Origin: an uncultured Lentisphaerales bacterium
Lineage (GTDB): Bacteria > Verrucomicrobiota > Lentisphaeria > JABSQK01 > UBA12247
Length of the DNA stretch: 64,000 nucleotides
Assembly: GCA_943788985.1 (NCBI GenBank)
Contig: CALSSJ010000005.1
Span: 96,001 to 160,000 of the forward strand
Direction: 5' to 3'
Part shown: positions 1 to 11,278 of the stretch, one piece after another
Layout of the letters: every line of letters begins with the position of its first letter
Numbering within the stretch: the first letter of the stretch is position 1
Notes under the pieces: model-generated
The model's input: only the letters and a program-made list of their open reading frames with translations
Told to the model about the DNA's origin: nothing
The model's database searches: none
Made by a program: the position numbers and the translations under genes

Positions 1-241
1 TTTGAGGTCAAGAAAATGGCCGGTGATCTGTCAGAGTAGCATGTTCTTGTCCCGATTAAGTGCTTGTTGGCGGGGGCCGCAGCCTGTAGCCGCTACTACG
101 AGACCGAAGACTCAGCGGAAATAGACGGTGCTTTCGCCGTCGGCGACGGCCGAGACATCGTTACTCAGGGCGGACCAGGCCAGACACACCATTGGCAAAC
201 TAGCGGAGCGCTGAAAATACCGCGTAATTTATGGGCACGCG

Positions 242-1462
242 CTAAGAATCGTATTCTTCGCTGAACGGCAAGTGGCACAGTGTTGCCACGCGGAGGTTGG
301 ATTCCTTCAGCAGCAGGGTCAGTTGCTGGAGTGTTTCTGTCTGCGGGCGCTCATGGGCCAGGTTCTTCAGCATGTTGCTGTCCACGCCAGCTTCTGCGGC
401 TGCCCCCACGAGTTCATCGGCCAGCCGCACGTAGCCTTCGAGAGACTGGACAGTGTCGAAGAGGAATTGTGTCGATTGGTGGAGCTGGTCCAGAGCTTCG
501 TTGATCTGCTCTACTGGCAGTTCTTGTGGGCGGGGATCGGCTGTTGTCTCTGGCCCCGGCGTGCGCAGGGTGGCCGCGAGATACTGGCCGCCGCCCCGGC
601 GGATTAGATCCACTTTCCAATGTACTTCTACAGTCTTGTTCCCATTGCAGCGTGTTTTAGCGTTATCCATCACTGGGCCGTATTCCAAGCGATCGATGAA
701 GCTATCCCAGTTTGCGGTGCCGGGCAGGTCTAGTGCCAGATCTAAAATGGACATGGTGCGCAGCGCATCGCGTGAATAGCCGGTCAACTCGGTTAAGGCG
801 GTGTTACTGTCCAGCAGGCGTCCTTCATCAATATCGGCGACGAGAATGGCCTCATCCGCCCGATCGATTAACTCGCGAAACAAGTTCAGCGTCGCGACAG
901 CCTTCATGCTTTCACGCACACGCCGAACTAGCTCGTGGTTGCTGGTGCGCAGCTCAGCAGTGCGCTCCTCCACCATCACTTCGAGCTCGTCATGCATCGT
1001 GCGCAGCTCTTTCTCTACCCCAATCCGGCGCGTTATTTCTTCTTCCAGCTGCGCGTGTTGGCGCTCGATTTCCTGCTGGTGCTGATAGATCTTCAGCAGG
1101 GTTCCGACTTTGTTGAAGAGGACGGTTTCATCGATGGGCTTAAGGATGTAATCGACTGCGCCAGCTTCATAGCCCCGCACTTGATCATGTACCGTCTGAT
1201 GCTTTGCTGTGACAAAAATGACCGGCACATTCTTGGTCTTCTCCGATAGGCGCAGCAACTCTGCGACCTCGAAGCCGTCCATGTCCGGCATCTGCACATC
1301 CAGCAGACACATAGCGAACTCATGGTTTAACGTATGCATCAATGCTGCGTTGCCAGAGTCTGCCTCGATGATCTCCACATCTAGCTGGCTCAGAACAGCT
1401 CGCATGGCGAACAGGTTCTCCGGGCGATCGTCAACGATCAGAATCTTAGGCGTATCAGGCAT
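242..1462 (-). CDS. Response regulator: REC + coiled coil + PAS + degenerate helical C-terminus
   Basis: ILIVDD...LLDVQMPDMDGFEV...FVTA...DYILKP receiver motifs; VEERTAEL coiled coil; PAS-like N.A...LTGYS; no HATPase domain. Confidence 0.85.
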   Translation of the reverse strand: MPDTPKILIVDDRPENLFAMRAVLSQLDVEIIEADSGNAALMHTLNHEFAMCLLDVQMPDMDGFEVAELLRLSEKTKNVPVIFVTAKHQTVHDQVRGYEAGAVDYILKPIDETVLFNKVGTLLKIYQHQQEIERQHAQLEEEITRRIGVEKELRTMHDELEVMVEERTAELRTSNHELVRRVRESMKAVATLNLFRELIDRADEAILVADIDEGRLLDSNTALTELTGYSRDALRTMSILDLALDLPGTANWDSFIDRLEYGPVMDNAKTRCNGNKTVEVHWKVDLIRRGGGQYLAATLRTPGPETTADPRPQELPVEQINEALDQLHQSTQFLFDTVQSLEGYVRLADELVGAAAEAGVDSNMLKNLAHERPQTETLQQLTLLLKESNLRVATLCHLPFSEEYDS

Positions 1463-1527
1463 GTCGCTTCTCGCAATCTATTGCTTTTAAAGACCGTAAG
1501 CGTACGCTCGGCATCCGCCAGCGCAGT

Positions 1528-2598
1528 TCAGGCTAGCCCGCCCACAGAATCCGTTTTTCTATGGGTTTCCTGGGCGAGTTGCTTGTATAACTCTAGTAAT
1601 TTAAGCCGAAACGCACCTTCTGAATAGTGCTCGCGGAAGGTGGCGAGCGCATTCTGTGCGTGTTGCAGACGTCCTTCAGAGTCGGCCATTGCCCGCCGCA
1701 TGGCGTCTGTCAATGAGCTTTGACTGTCCACCGATGCAAAATAGGTGGTTGTCCCGTCCAGGATCTCACGAGGGCCTTCAGCCCAGGTGCTGACGATCGG
1801 GACGCCACAGGCCATCGCTTCCAAAATGACAATGCCAAAGGGTTCTGAGCGGGAGGGCAAGATAAACAGGTCTGCCTGCTCCAACAAGGGGACCACATCT
1901 TCGACCCAGCCGATCATCTTTACGGAGTCGCTCAGACCCCGGTCGGCAATAATCGCCTCCAGCGCTGCTTGCTCGGCACCCTCGCCCCCCAGGGTCAGCA
2001 CAAACTCCAGGCCTTCGTCGCGCAGCTCAGCAGCGGCCTGCAGCAGCAGGTCAAACCCCTTCTTGCGCACAAACCGTCCATAGCTCAACAGCCGGAGCGG
2101 TTGCCCGGTCGGGGCCGCTTGCGGATTCCGCACCGGCAGCGACGAAAAGTTTGGGATAATCGTCACTCGGTTCGGAGACCAGCCCTGCGCCAGCGCGTAG
2201 CGGCATTCATCGGCTGTAGTGGCGATCAAGGTATTCACGTATCGGTAGCGGGTGAGGTCCACGTAGTTGTGCAACTTGGCTACTACGGGGATGCCCGCCA
2301 TATGCCCGGCCTTTCCGGCAAACCAGGCTGCGCGCCGTAGGTGGGCATGGACCAAATCTGGCCGATAGCGCTCGATCGCTCGCGAGACCGCGTGCTGCGA
2401 CAGTGGATTCCACTCTCCGCTTATATTCAGCGGCTCGACCGTCACATTTTCCATTTCCAGCCTGTCCTGGGCCATGAAATCCACATGGCACAAGGCCTGA
2501 ACCTCATGACCGGCCCGGGATAGTAGGGAAACGGTGTCGACAAAACTCCGCTCGGCACCCCCGAACCCTTTGCTGAACATCGCCTGGCTGATGCGCAT
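1528..2598 (-). CDS. Glycosyltransferase family 4
   Basis: GGAER N-terminus, GRFVRKKG and PSRSEPFGIVILEAMACG GT4 motifs. Confidence 0.92.
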   Translation of the reverse strand: MRISQAMFSKGFGGAERSFVDTVSLLSRAGHEVQALCHVDFMAQDRLEMENVTVEPLNISGEWNPLSQHAVSRAIERYRPDLVHAHLRRAAWFAGKAGHMAGIPVVAKLHNYVDLTRYRYVNTLIATTADECRYALAQGWSPNRVTIIPNFSSLPVRNPQAAPTGQPLRLLSYGRFVRKKGFDLLLQAAAELRDEGLEFVLTLGGEGAEQAALEAIIADRGLSDSVKMIGWVEDVVPLLEQADLFILPSRSEPFGIVILEAMACGVPIVSTWAEGPREILDGTTTYFASVDSQSSLTDAMRRAMADSEGRLQHAQNALATFREHYSEGAFRLKLLELYKQLAQETHRKTDSVGGLA

Positions 2599-2803
2599 GG
2601 TCTATACCGTTGACTTAGGCTGGACTAGAAATCGTGCCGCAATGCGGCTTTGGGCTAAAAGGTATAGAACCGTTCTCTGTAATCGCCACACGAATCAGCG
2701 GAGACGATAAACTTGGCACCGTCAACCACGCGTTCGCGTTCGCCTGGATCTCGGACCTACGTACTGTGCTATCCCCTCATTCTCACGATTTCAGACCACT
2801 GCC

Positions 2804-3637
2804 GTGCCCCGGATATACAGCCATATTTCGCTCTTGCTTCTTGCTCTGCTGGTCAGCTGCCAGACCGTCAAGGAACCCACCATCTTTGAGGCTGTGGTCG
2901 ACGGTGACCTCCCTGAAACGCACGACTTGCTGAATGATGATCGTGCGCGCGTCGACGAGCGCCGGGACGACTTCACGCCGCTTCACTATGCAGCCCGGCA
3001 GGGCAAGGTCGCGATCGCCCAGGCCCTGCTTCAGAATGGCGCAGACGTCCAGGCGGCGAATCGACACGGCTTTACGCCGCTCCACGCGGCTGCGAACGCC
3101 AATCATACGAGGATGGTATCTTTTCTGCTGGACAACGGCGCCGACGTGAACGCGCGCTACAACGGCACCCAGTGTGCTCTTCACGACGCCATCTTTTTTG
3201 GTCAGCTTCCTCTCGTGCGCTTGCTCGTGGCCGCTGGCGCAGACCCAAATGCGGCCAATCGCCATGGCTGGGCCCCAGTTCATCTCGCTGCTCTCCAGGA
3301 CCACGTAGAGATCGCTGGCTACCTCGCCGAGCGTGCGGACAAGAATGTGCGAACTCCGCAGCAGCAGACGGCGCTGATGGTCGCCATGAGCGCCAAGCGC
3401 TGGGCCGTAGCCGCTCGCCTGATTCGCGCGGGAGTCGATCCCGGCCTGGCAGACGGCGACGGTGTTACGCCGCTGCATGTTGCGGCGCTGGTCAATCATA
3501 CCGCGCTGGCCAAGCAGCTGTTGAAGGCCGGTGCTCCTCCTTCCGCAGCCGGGCTCGAGGGCACGCCGCTGGATTGGGCGGATGATAACGATGTCAGTAC
3601 GCTTCTTAGAGCCTATGGGGGCAGACGCGCGCCTTGA
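2804..3637 (+). CDS. Ankyrin-repeat lipoprotein
   Basis: Lipobox-like LLVSC after a hydrophobic stretch; multiple TPLHxAA ankyrin repeats. Confidence 0.9.
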   Translation: MPRIYSHISLLLLALLVSCQTVKEPTIFEAVVDGDLPETHDLLNDDRARVDERRDDFTPLHYAARQGKVAIAQALLQNGADVQAANRHGFTPLHAAANANHTRMVSFLLDNGADVNARYNGTQCALHDAIFFGQLPLVRLLVAAGADPNAANRHGWAPVHLAALQDHVEIAGYLAERADKNVRTPQQQTALMVAMSAKRWAVAARLIRAGVDPGLADGDGVTPLHVAALVNHTALAKQLLKAGAPPSAAGLEGTPLDWADDNDVSTLLRAYGGRRAP

Positions 3638-4914
3638 ATCACCTCACTACAGCAGGACTGCCCTGCAATGCCGTCCTTTGTCGCTATGCCGAGATTGCCA
3701 TCAAGAAGGGCGGCAGGTCGGCTTTCGAGCGAATGCTAGTCCGCAACATCGCCCGCGCTCTGCGAGAGTGGCCGGACCTGCAAGTGCAGCGCATTTGGGG
3801 GCGAATCATGGTCGTGCGGCCCAAGTATATCGCCTTCACTCCTGAAATGATCACCGATATCTCCCGCAAGCTCACCTGGGTGTTCGGGGTCGACTCATTC
3901 TCCTTGGGCGTGCGCACTCCCACCGCGATTCCAGAGATCGAAGAGATCGTCGACCGTATTGTGGACATCGGCTATCGCGAGCTTGCTGCCACCCATGAAG
4001 TGGTCACCTATCGCACCCGGGCCAGGCGCGGTGAGAAGAGCTTCCCGCTTTCTTCTGAAGAGATCGAGATTCACTTTGCAGATCGCTTGCTGCCCAAATA
4101 TGACCGCCTGAAAATTCACCTCAATGACGATGCCATGCTCACGGTTTGGGTCGAGGTACGGGAACAGTGGACGTTCATCTTTGCCGACGAACAGCTCGGC
4201 CCTGGTGGCCTGCCCATCGGTAGCAACGGCAGAGCCATGGTGATGCTCTCAGGCGGAATCGACTCGCCAATCGCTGCCTACCTCACCATGAAGCGTGGCT
4301 GCCGGGTCGACTTCCTGACCTTTCACAGCTTCCCCTACACCGAGCAGGAAAGTATCGAGAAAGTGGCTAAACTCGCCACCGTTCTAAACCGCTACCAGAA
4401 GGCTGGCCGCGTCTGGGCCTGTAACATGTTGGGCGCACAGCGTGCCGTACGCGATGGTTGTACGGAGAGGTTTCGCACCGTGCTCTATCGTCGGATTATG
4501 ACGCGAGTGTCCGGCCGCCTGGCGTATGCCCTCTATCGGACCGCGCTGGTGACCGGCGATGCCCTGGGCCAGGTAGCCAGTCAGACCTTGCCGAATATGG
4601 ACGTAATCAACCGTGCCACTGACATGTTGATCTTGCGGCCGCTGTTGGGGATGGACAAGCGCGAGACCGTAGCCATCGCGCGGCGCATCGAGACCTACGA
4701 CATTTCCAAGCAGCAATGTGCCGACAGCTGCACCGTGTTCATGCCCGATTCGCCAGCCACCAAGGCCACGGTTGAAGAGATCGAGCGCGAAGAAGCAAAG
4801 TTGGATATGGACGCGTTGATCGAGGTCTGTCTGAACAATGTCACGGTGATTAACACCAAGACATTCGAGGAAGTCCCGTTCGAGTTTCGCGAACGCCGGG
4901 AAGGCGACGAGTAG
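3634..4914 (+). CDS. thiI: tRNA 4-thiouridine synthase ThiI (no rhodanese domain)
   Basis: RYAEIAIK, THUMP region, PP-loop LSGGIDS, GQVASQTL, RPLLGMDK. Confidence 0.95.
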   Translation: MNHLTTAGLPCNAVLCRYAEIAIKKGGRSAFERMLVRNIARALREWPDLQVQRIWGRIMVVRPKYIAFTPEMITDISRKLTWVFGVDSFSLGVRTPTAIPEIEEIVDRIVDIGYRELAATHEVVTYRTRARRGEKSFPLSSEEIEIHFADRLLPKYDRLKIHLNDDAMLTVWVEVREQWTFIFADEQLGPGGLPIGSNGRAMVMLSGGIDSPIAAYLTMKRGCRVDFLTFHSFPYTEQESIEKVAKLATVLNRYQKAGRVWACNMLGAQRAVRDGCTERFRTVLYRRIMTRVSGRLAYALYRTALVTGDALGQVASQTLPNMDVINRATDMLILRPLLGMDKRETVAIARRIETYDISKQQCADSCTVFMPDSPATKATVEEIEREEAKLDMDALIEVCLNNVTVINTKTFEEVPFEFRERREGDE

Positions 4915-4933
4915 TCATCACGGGCGTGCCGAT

Positions 4934-7522
4934 TTGGTGCAGGAAAGGGTGGTGGTTATGGCTGCGGAGCCAGTCAAGGCGCTGCGGCTTTGGTATGACA
5001 AGCCGGCGCCGGATAGCGATTTCGGCTGGGTAAATGATTCGATTCCGCTGGGCAATGGCTACATGGGGATCAACGTGTTCGGTGGCACGGCGAGCGATCG
5101 AATTCAGATCACGGAGAATAGCCTCTACGATTGGGGAGCAGATCGCGGGCTGAAACGCAGAGGCCTTAACAACTTTGGCGAAGTATACCTGGATTTCAAC
5201 CACGGCGACACCAGCAACTACGTGCGAGAGCTGGATCTGAACGAAGTTCTCGCTTCTGTGGCATACGAGGCAAATGGTGTGGCGTATGCCAGGGAGTACT
5301 TCACCAGCTATCCGGATAAGGTGATGGCAATCCAACTCAGCGCATCGAAGGCTGGCGCGTTGTCATTTGCACTTCGTCCCACCATTCCCTTCTTGGGCGC
5401 GGGCAAGTCTGGATCGGTTTCGGCCAAGGGCGACACGATCACGCTCTCGGGAGAGATGACGCACTACAAGATCCAGTTTGAGGGCCAGTTCAAGGTCATC
5501 CCGAAGGGCGGCACGATGACGGCTGACCCGCAGGGGACACTCTCGGTTTCGGGCGCGGATAGCGCAGTGGTGCTGATTGCGGTCGGCACCAACTACCAGT
5601 TCCACCCTCAAGTGTTCCTGACACAAGAGCTGACCGAAAAGCTGGCCGGGTTTCCGCACCCCCACGCCCAAGTCAGCCGCGGCGTGGCCGAGGCAGCAGC
5701 GAAGGGGTATAAGGCGTTGCGAGACAGCCATCAGGCGGACTACAAAGCGCTGTTCGATCGCGTACGTATCGATCTCGGAGCGACCGTTCCGGAGATTTCG
5801 ACCGACAAGCTGGTTGATGCCTATCCCGATGGTGCCTCGAACCGCTACCTTGAGGAACTCGCGTTCCAATTTGGCCGCTACATGTTGATTTGCTCCTCGC
5901 GCGCCGGCACGCTCCCACCCCACTTGCAGGGGATTTGGAATGTCTATGCACGGCCACCATGGTCGTCTCAGTACCTGCACGATACGAACGTGCAGATGGC
6001 TTTCGCGCCGGCCTTCTCTGCCAACCTGCCTGAGTTGTTCGAGTCCTATGTCGGATTCTTCGAAGTCTTCGTCCATCGCCAGCGGCAGTACGCCACGCAA
6101 TATATCAAGCAGTACAACCCCTCGCAGCTGGACGAGAAGGGAGACAATGGTTGGTCCGGGCCGTTTTGGACCAATCCGTACAATGTTCCCGGCAAGACGC
6201 CCATCGCCGGCTTTGGCACGGGCTGTTGGATCGCGCAGATGTTCTGGGACTACTATGACTACACACGTGATGAGTCTCTGCTGGCTGACACCGTCTATCC
6301 CGTCATGTACGAACAGGCCAATTTGGTTTCCCGCTTTGTGCAGGAAATCGATGATGCTCTGCTGGCCAAGCCCTCATCGTCCCCGGAGCAGAAGCTGCGA
6401 AATACCATTGGCACGACCTTCGACCAGCAAATGTTCTACGAAAACCATCACAACACTCTGACGGCGGCCAAGATTCTCGGACGCACCGATTCCCGCTTGG
6501 CGCTATTCGAAAAGCAACTCCCGCTTCTGGATCCGATCCAGATCGGCAAGTCGGGGCAGATCAAGGAATTTCGCCAGGAAGAATTCTACTGCGACGCTAG
6601 TAAAGCGCTTGATCCGCACCATCGGCACACCTCCATGCTACTTGGATCGTATCCAGGGCAGCTGATTAACAGCGCGACCCCAGCCTGGCTTGATGCCGTC
6701 GAGAAAACCCTGACCTTGCGCACTCGCAAATCCAAGATTGGCTGGGCACGTGCCGAGCGGATCGCCTTCTGGGCCCGCGTCTGTGACGGCGATGAGGCGT
6801 ATCTCTTCTATCAGGATTTGCTGGCCGGTAACTTTCTCCACAACCTATTCAACGATCACCGCGGTGGCCCGCTATTCCAGGCAGATGGCAACTACGGAGC
6901 GACTGCCGTGGTTGCTGAGTTGCTGCTGCAGAGTCAAGACTACGTCGTGGCGCCATTGCCCGCTTTGCCCGCCGCATGGTCTAATGGCAGCTATCAAGGT
7001 CTCCTAGCACGCGGCAACTTCGAGGTCTCTGCGCAGTGGTCTGATGGCCAAGCCGATCAGTTTGAGGTCCTCGCCAACGTTGGCGGGGCCTTGCGGTTGC
7101 GCTATCCAAACGTCGCTAAGGCGCTGATCAAGACCCAGGCAGGGCAGACGGTCGAGTTTGTGGCCAAGGGGCTGGATGAGGTCAGCATAGAGACTGCCCA
7201 CGGCCAGACCTATGTCATCACTGCCATCCCGGCGTACACGCTGGTTGCCGCGCCTGCAGCCCTGAAGGTCGCGGGAGAGAGCCGTAAGAACCGGGTAAAA
7301 CTCGCCTGGAGCGCCAGTGCGGATGCTGCGTCGTACAACCTGTGCCGCGCAGTGGGTAATGCACCGGGTTATGAGTTGATCGCCTCAGACATAGAAGGCA
7401 CGGGCTTCGTCTGCACAATCCCCGGCTTGAAGCAGATTGCCCAGATGACTCTGAAAGTGACCGCAGTGCGGGCCGATGGCCGCGAGAGCAACAAGGGCGC
7501 GACCATGGTCTGGTTGCGTTAG
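4934..7522 (+). CDS. GH95 alpha-L-fucosidase/L-galactosidase family with C-terminal FN3-like domain (start uncertain, possibly 4958)
   Basis: LWYDKPA...PLGNG.MG, FQFGRYMLI.SSR, LQGIWN, SPE, HRH, FQADGNYG. Confidence 0.92.
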   Translation: MVQERVVVMAAEPVKALRLWYDKPAPDSDFGWVNDSIPLGNGYMGINVFGGTASDRIQITENSLYDWGADRGLKRRGLNNFGEVYLDFNHGDTSNYVRELDLNEVLASVAYEANGVAYAREYFTSYPDKVMAIQLSASKAGALSFALRPTIPFLGAGKSGSVSAKGDTITLSGEMTHYKIQFEGQFKVIPKGGTMTADPQGTLSVSGADSAVVLIAVGTNYQFHPQVFLTQELTEKLAGFPHPHAQVSRGVAEAAAKGYKALRDSHQADYKALFDRVRIDLGATVPEISTDKLVDAYPDGASNRYLEELAFQFGRYMLICSSRAGTLPPHLQGIWNVYARPPWSSQYLHDTNVQMAFAPAFSANLPELFESYVGFFEVFVHRQRQYATQYIKQYNPSQLDEKGDNGWSGPFWTNPYNVPGKTPIAGFGTGCWIAQMFWDYYDYTRDESLLADTVYPVMYEQANLVSRFVQEIDDALLAKPSSSPEQKLRNTIGTTFDQQMFYENHHNTLTAAKILGRTDSRLALFEKQLPLLDPIQIGKSGQIKEFRQEEFYCDASKALDPHHRHTSMLLGSYPGQLINSATPAWLDAVEKTLTLRTRKSKIGWARAERIAFWARVCDGDEAYLFYQDLLAGNFLHNLFNDHRGGPLFQADGNYGATAVVAELLLQSQDYVVAPLPALPAAWSNGSYQGLLARGNFEVSAQWSDGQADQFEVLANVGGALRLRYPNVAKALIKTQAGQTVEFVAKGLDEVSIETAHGQTYVITAIPAYTLVAAPAALKVAGESRKNRVKLAWSASADAASYNLCRAVGNAPGYELIASDIEGTGFVCTIPGLKQIAQMTLKVTAVRADGRESNKGATMVWLR

Positions 7523-7524
7523 GA

Positions 7525-7851
7525 GAGATTGTCACCAGTTCTATCGCATATCTCACGGACTTTCTCCTTGATGACGCCGCCTTTGCAAAGCTAGTTTCGG
7601 AACTGAACGGATGTTCGACGGTGGTCTGCAAGGCGCAATATGGCGATCAAGACGCTGATCCAGCAAGACGAAACTATCGCACGACGATATCTTCGATGGC
7701 CAGACTCGCCGCGCAAGCTGATGTCGAAAACCTGGCCCTTTTTCGCCTGTCGGAACGCTACGCAAGCGATGAGTGGCGAGACATGTTGAGCTGGTGCAGT
7801 ACTGTTTTACCCGCGACGAGTTTCCCAAAGCACTGGGAGCAGATCGGGTGA
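7525..7851 (+). pseudogene. C-terminal remnant of an RNase Z/BN-like metallo-beta-lactamase
   Basis: Frame reads SIAYLTDFLLD...VCKAQY...ARRNYRTT...LAAQADVENLALFRLSERY; the His positions of the family's H-T and H-x-S-x-R-Y motifs are Arg; no N-terminal half. Confidence 0.65.
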
Positions 7852-7952
7852 TGGTATGCGACGCAAAAAGATTTCCGTCCTACGCGTTACAGCATCGGGA
7901 TTTTTTCGTCTGTCTACATATCCAGTTCATCACACCACACAGGACACTTAGC

Positions 7953-9539
7953 ATGAACCACTTACTCCTTCTTCTCGCGGTATGCGCGGCACCTTTTCTT
8001 GGCGTTGCGGACTCCGCAAAGCCCAATGTAATTTTCGTGATGACCGATGACCAGGGCTATCCGGTTGTGGGGGCGCACGGGCATCCCTGGATTCGGACGC
8101 CGAACCTGGATGCCATGCATGCCCAGTCCGTTCGCTTTGATCGGTTCATGATGGGCTCCACCTGTGCACCAAGTCGGGCCGGAATTATGACTGGGAATCA
8201 TGCGATTCGCAACGGGGTGACGCACACGATCCACGAGCGTGAACGGCTCAATCTGGAGGCGACGACCATCCCGCAAGTGCTCAAGCTAGCTGGCTACACA
8301 TCGGGGTACTTCGGCAAGTGGCACTTGGGTGATGAGGCCCCATACCAGCCAGAGAATCGGGGCTTTGACGAAGTGTTCATTCACGGCGCGGGAGGGATCG
8401 GCCAGAAATACGAAGGCTCGTGTGCGGATGCACCTGGCAATAGGTACTTCGATCCAGTGTTCAAGCACAACGGCACGTTTGTGAAGACCAAGGGCTATTG
8501 CACAGATGTTCTTTTCAAATCAACGTTGGGCTGGATCCAATCGGTCAAGGATTCCGATCAGCCTTTCTTCGCCTATCTCTCGACCAATGCGCCGCATAGC
8601 CCATTCGTCGCCCCGCCGAAGTACCAACAATACTTTCAGGATCTGGGTTTCCCCCGGCATGCCGCTGGCTTCTACGGGATGATCGAGCATATCGACCACT
8701 GTATGGGCCAGATGTTCGAACAGCTGGAGGCTTGGGGCCTGCTGGACAATACAATCGTCATCTTCACCTCGGACAATGGGATGACCCGAGTCGGGTGTGG
8801 CCTGAGAGGGGTTGCTGGCCGTCCCCAAGTGCAGCTTGGTACAGACAAAGACGGGAAGCCGATGATGAGCGACAATGCAGGCATGAAGGGCCTCAAGAAC
8901 ACCGTCGACGAAGGCGGCGTCCGGGTTCCGTTCTTCGTGCGCTGGGCTGGGGGGATCAAGCAAGGCCGCACCGTCAATACGGTGGTCAGCTACTTGGATA
9001 TCCTGCCGACTCTGGCGGACCTGGTCGGGGCCGAAAGCCCCGCGGCGATGGAAGGCAAGAGTCTGAAGCCTTTTCTATTGGAACAAGATCCGGTCTGGGA
9101 GGATCGGTTTCACTTTCAGCATGTGACGCGCTGGGGCCTCAACGCCGAGCCTGACCATTGGAAGTGGAAGAGATACTCGGTACGTAACCAGCGCTTCCGC
9201 CTGGTCGAAGGTGTGCTATACGACATGCAGAACGATCCGAACCAGACTGAAGATGTGACCGCGAAGTACCCTGAGTTGGTGTCAGAGATGAAGAAGGCCT
9301 ACGGAGCCTTCTGGGACCAAGCGCGACCGCTGATGATCAACGAGGGCGTGCCACTGGCAAAGGAGCATCCGTACCATGTCGAATACTACGCACAAGAGAA
9401 AAGTACTGGCATTCCTCAGTGGCAGGAGCCCGTTCTGGCATTTAAGGCTTCAGCACCCGCGACCGTGCATGGTAGTGTAGGCGCTGAAGCTAAGGGCAAA
9501 GGTGCCCCCACGAAGAAGAGCAAGATAAAGCGGAAATAA
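7953..9539 (+). CDS. Secreted arylsulfatase (S1 family)
   Basis: Signal peptide, [16 protein letters not shown] formylglycine motif, GKWHLG. Confidence 0.95.
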   Translation: MNHLLLLLAVCAAPFLGVADSAKPNVIFVMTDDQGYPVVGAHGHPWIRTPNLDAMHAQSVRFDRFMMGSTCAPSRAGIMTGNHAIRNGVTHTIHERERLNLEATTIPQVLKLAGYTSGYFGKWHLGDEAPYQPENRGFDEVFIHGAGGIGQKYEGSCADAPGNRYFDPVFKHNGTFVKTKGYCTDVLFKSTLGWIQSVKDSDQPFFAYLSTNAPHSPFVAPPKYQQYFQDLGFPRHAAGFYGMIEHIDHCMGQMFEQLEAWGLLDNTIVIFTSDNGMTRVGCGLRGVAGRPQVQLGTDKDGKPMMSDNAGMKGLKNTVDEGGVRVPFFVRWAGGIKQGRTVNTVVSYLDILPTLADLVGAESPAAMEGKSLKPFLLEQDPVWEDRFHFQHVTRWGLNAEPDHWKWKRYSVRNQRFRLVEGVLYDMQNDPNQTEDVTAKYPELVSEMKKAYGAFWDQARPLMINEGVPLAKEHPYHVEYYAQEKSTGIPQWQEPVLAFKASAPATVHGSVGAEAKGKGAPTKKSKIKRK

Positions 9540-9546
9540 GGTGACG

Positions 9547-11028
9547 ATGAAACGGTTGTTTGTTGTGCTTTTGGCGTTGTCTGCTTCGTTGATCTGGGCA
9601 AAGCCAAATGTCGTCATTTTATATGCGGATGACATGGGCGTGGCGGATGTCTCGTACGGAGATCCGGAGGCAAAGATTCAGACTCCGCACATCGATCGCT
9701 TGGCGACACGGGGGATGACGTTTACGGATGGGCACAGTTCGTCTGGGATTTGCACGCCAAGCCGCTATGCGCTGCTCACCGGCCAACATCATTGGCGACG
9801 TTTTCATGGGATCGTCGGTGCGTTTGGTAAGTCTGTCTTTGAGCCGGGCGAATTCACGATTGCGCGCATGTTCAAGAAGCAGGGGTATCGCACGGGGTGC
9901 TTCGGCAAGTGGCACCTCGGCTGGGACTGGGATGCGATCCTCAAACCCGGCGCTTCCAAGAAAAATACGAAGCTGGCTGAGTCGTACGATTGGACGAAGC
10001 GGTTCCCGGCTGGGCCGCTGGACCAGGGGTTTGATCGCTATTTTGGTGATGGAACGATCAACTTCCCGCCGTATTGCTGGATTGATGATGACCGCTTTCA
10101 GACGATCCCGACGAAGCCGGTAATCAAGTCGCGACCGCTTGCCGGCGGGGGGGGCTTTCGTGCGGGACCGATGGCAGAAGGCTGGAATCCCTATGATATT
10201 CTACCGACGATCACCGAGAAGACGGTGGACTGGATCAAGGAGCAGGATGAGGAGCAGCCGTTCTTTGCCTACCTGGCGTTCAACTCACCACATTATCCGA
10301 TCGTGCCCAACAAGGAGTTTCATGGGACCTCCAAGGCTGGGTTCTATGGCGACTTTGTGATCGAGACCGATGCGATGGTGGGCAAGGTGCTGGCCGCTTT
10401 GGAGGAGAAGGGCCTGCTGGAGAATACGATCGTCATTTTCACCGCGGACAATGGCACCGAGAAGCATGCGTTCGAGCGACTCCAGAAATATGATCAATGG
10501 AGTTCTGGGCAGTTGCGGGGGCTGAAGCGCGATCTCTACGAAGGCGGGCACCGAGTGCCGTTCATTGTCAGCTGGCCGGGCAAGGTCAAAGCGGGGTCAC
10601 GTTCGGATGAAGTCGTTAGCCAGGTGGATTTTGCCGCGACGTTTGCGGAGATCATTGGCTATGACCTGGGGCGTGAGAAGGCAATTGACAGTTACAATCT
10701 GCTGCCGGTTCTGCTCGGTGAGAGCTACGACAGTCCATTGCGCGTTGCGACCGTGCAGAACACAAACAAAGGGGCTTACGCATTGCGGAAGGGCCATTGG
10801 GTTCTCATTGATGCACCGAGCGGTGCGGTCCAACCCGAGCCAAAGGCATATCTCGATCACTTTGGCTTTGCGGCATATCCGAAGGGCAATCCCGGGTTGC
10901 TCTTCAACCTGAAGGACGATCCGCGCCAGGCCAAGAATCTGTATGCTCAGCACCCAGAGAAGGTCACAGCCATGCGGACGCTACTGAAGCGCTATGTAGC
11001 CGGGGAGCGCTGCGCACCACAGAGGTGA
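9547..11028 (+). CDS. Secreted arylsulfatase (S1 family)
   Basis: Signal peptide, [30 protein letters not shown]. Confidence 0.95.
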   Translation: MKRLFVVLLALSASLIWAKPNVVILYADDMGVADVSYGDPEAKIQTPHIDRLATRGMTFTDGHSSSGICTPSRYALLTGQHHWRRFHGIVGAFGKSVFEPGEFTIARMFKKQGYRTGCFGKWHLGWDWDAILKPGASKKNTKLAESYDWTKRFPAGPLDQGFDRYFGDGTINFPPYCWIDDDRFQTIPTKPVIKSRPLAGGGGFRAGPMAEGWNPYDILPTITEKTVDWIKEQDEEQPFFAYLAFNSPHYPIVPNKEFHGTSKAGFYGDFVIETDAMVGKVLAALEEKGLLENTIVIFTADNGTEKHAFERLQKYDQWSSGQLRGLKRDLYEGGHRVPFIVSWPGKVKAGSRSDEVVSQVDFAATFAEIIGYDLGREKAIDSYNLLPVLLGESYDSPLRVATVQNTNKGAYALRKGHWVLIDAPSGAVQPEPKAYLDHFGFAAYPKGNPGLLFNLKDDPRQAKNLYAQHPEKVTAMRTLLKRYVAGERCAPQR

Positions 11029-11278
11029 TGGGACAGACGGTGGCCAGCTGAAAGTCGCGCACAAGAGTAGGGGGCGAAAGTGAGTTTTGCGACTACTAGG
11101 CTCATCGTGGCAGGGAATAGGTCTGGTGTTGCCTTATCCAGGGTAGGTCGCAACTCATGAATTGGCATGTTTTGCATGGAAGCACGGGTAATCTTCGAGG
11201 GATTCGTAGAGCGCGCGTGGCATGGATGTCTCGGTGGCGTATTCTGGGGCAGGGCGAATGTTCATGGAGAGAAAAATT

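Noticed and set aside
2783..3499. 238-aa minus-strand ORF
   Set aside because: Antisense to the ankyrin gene.
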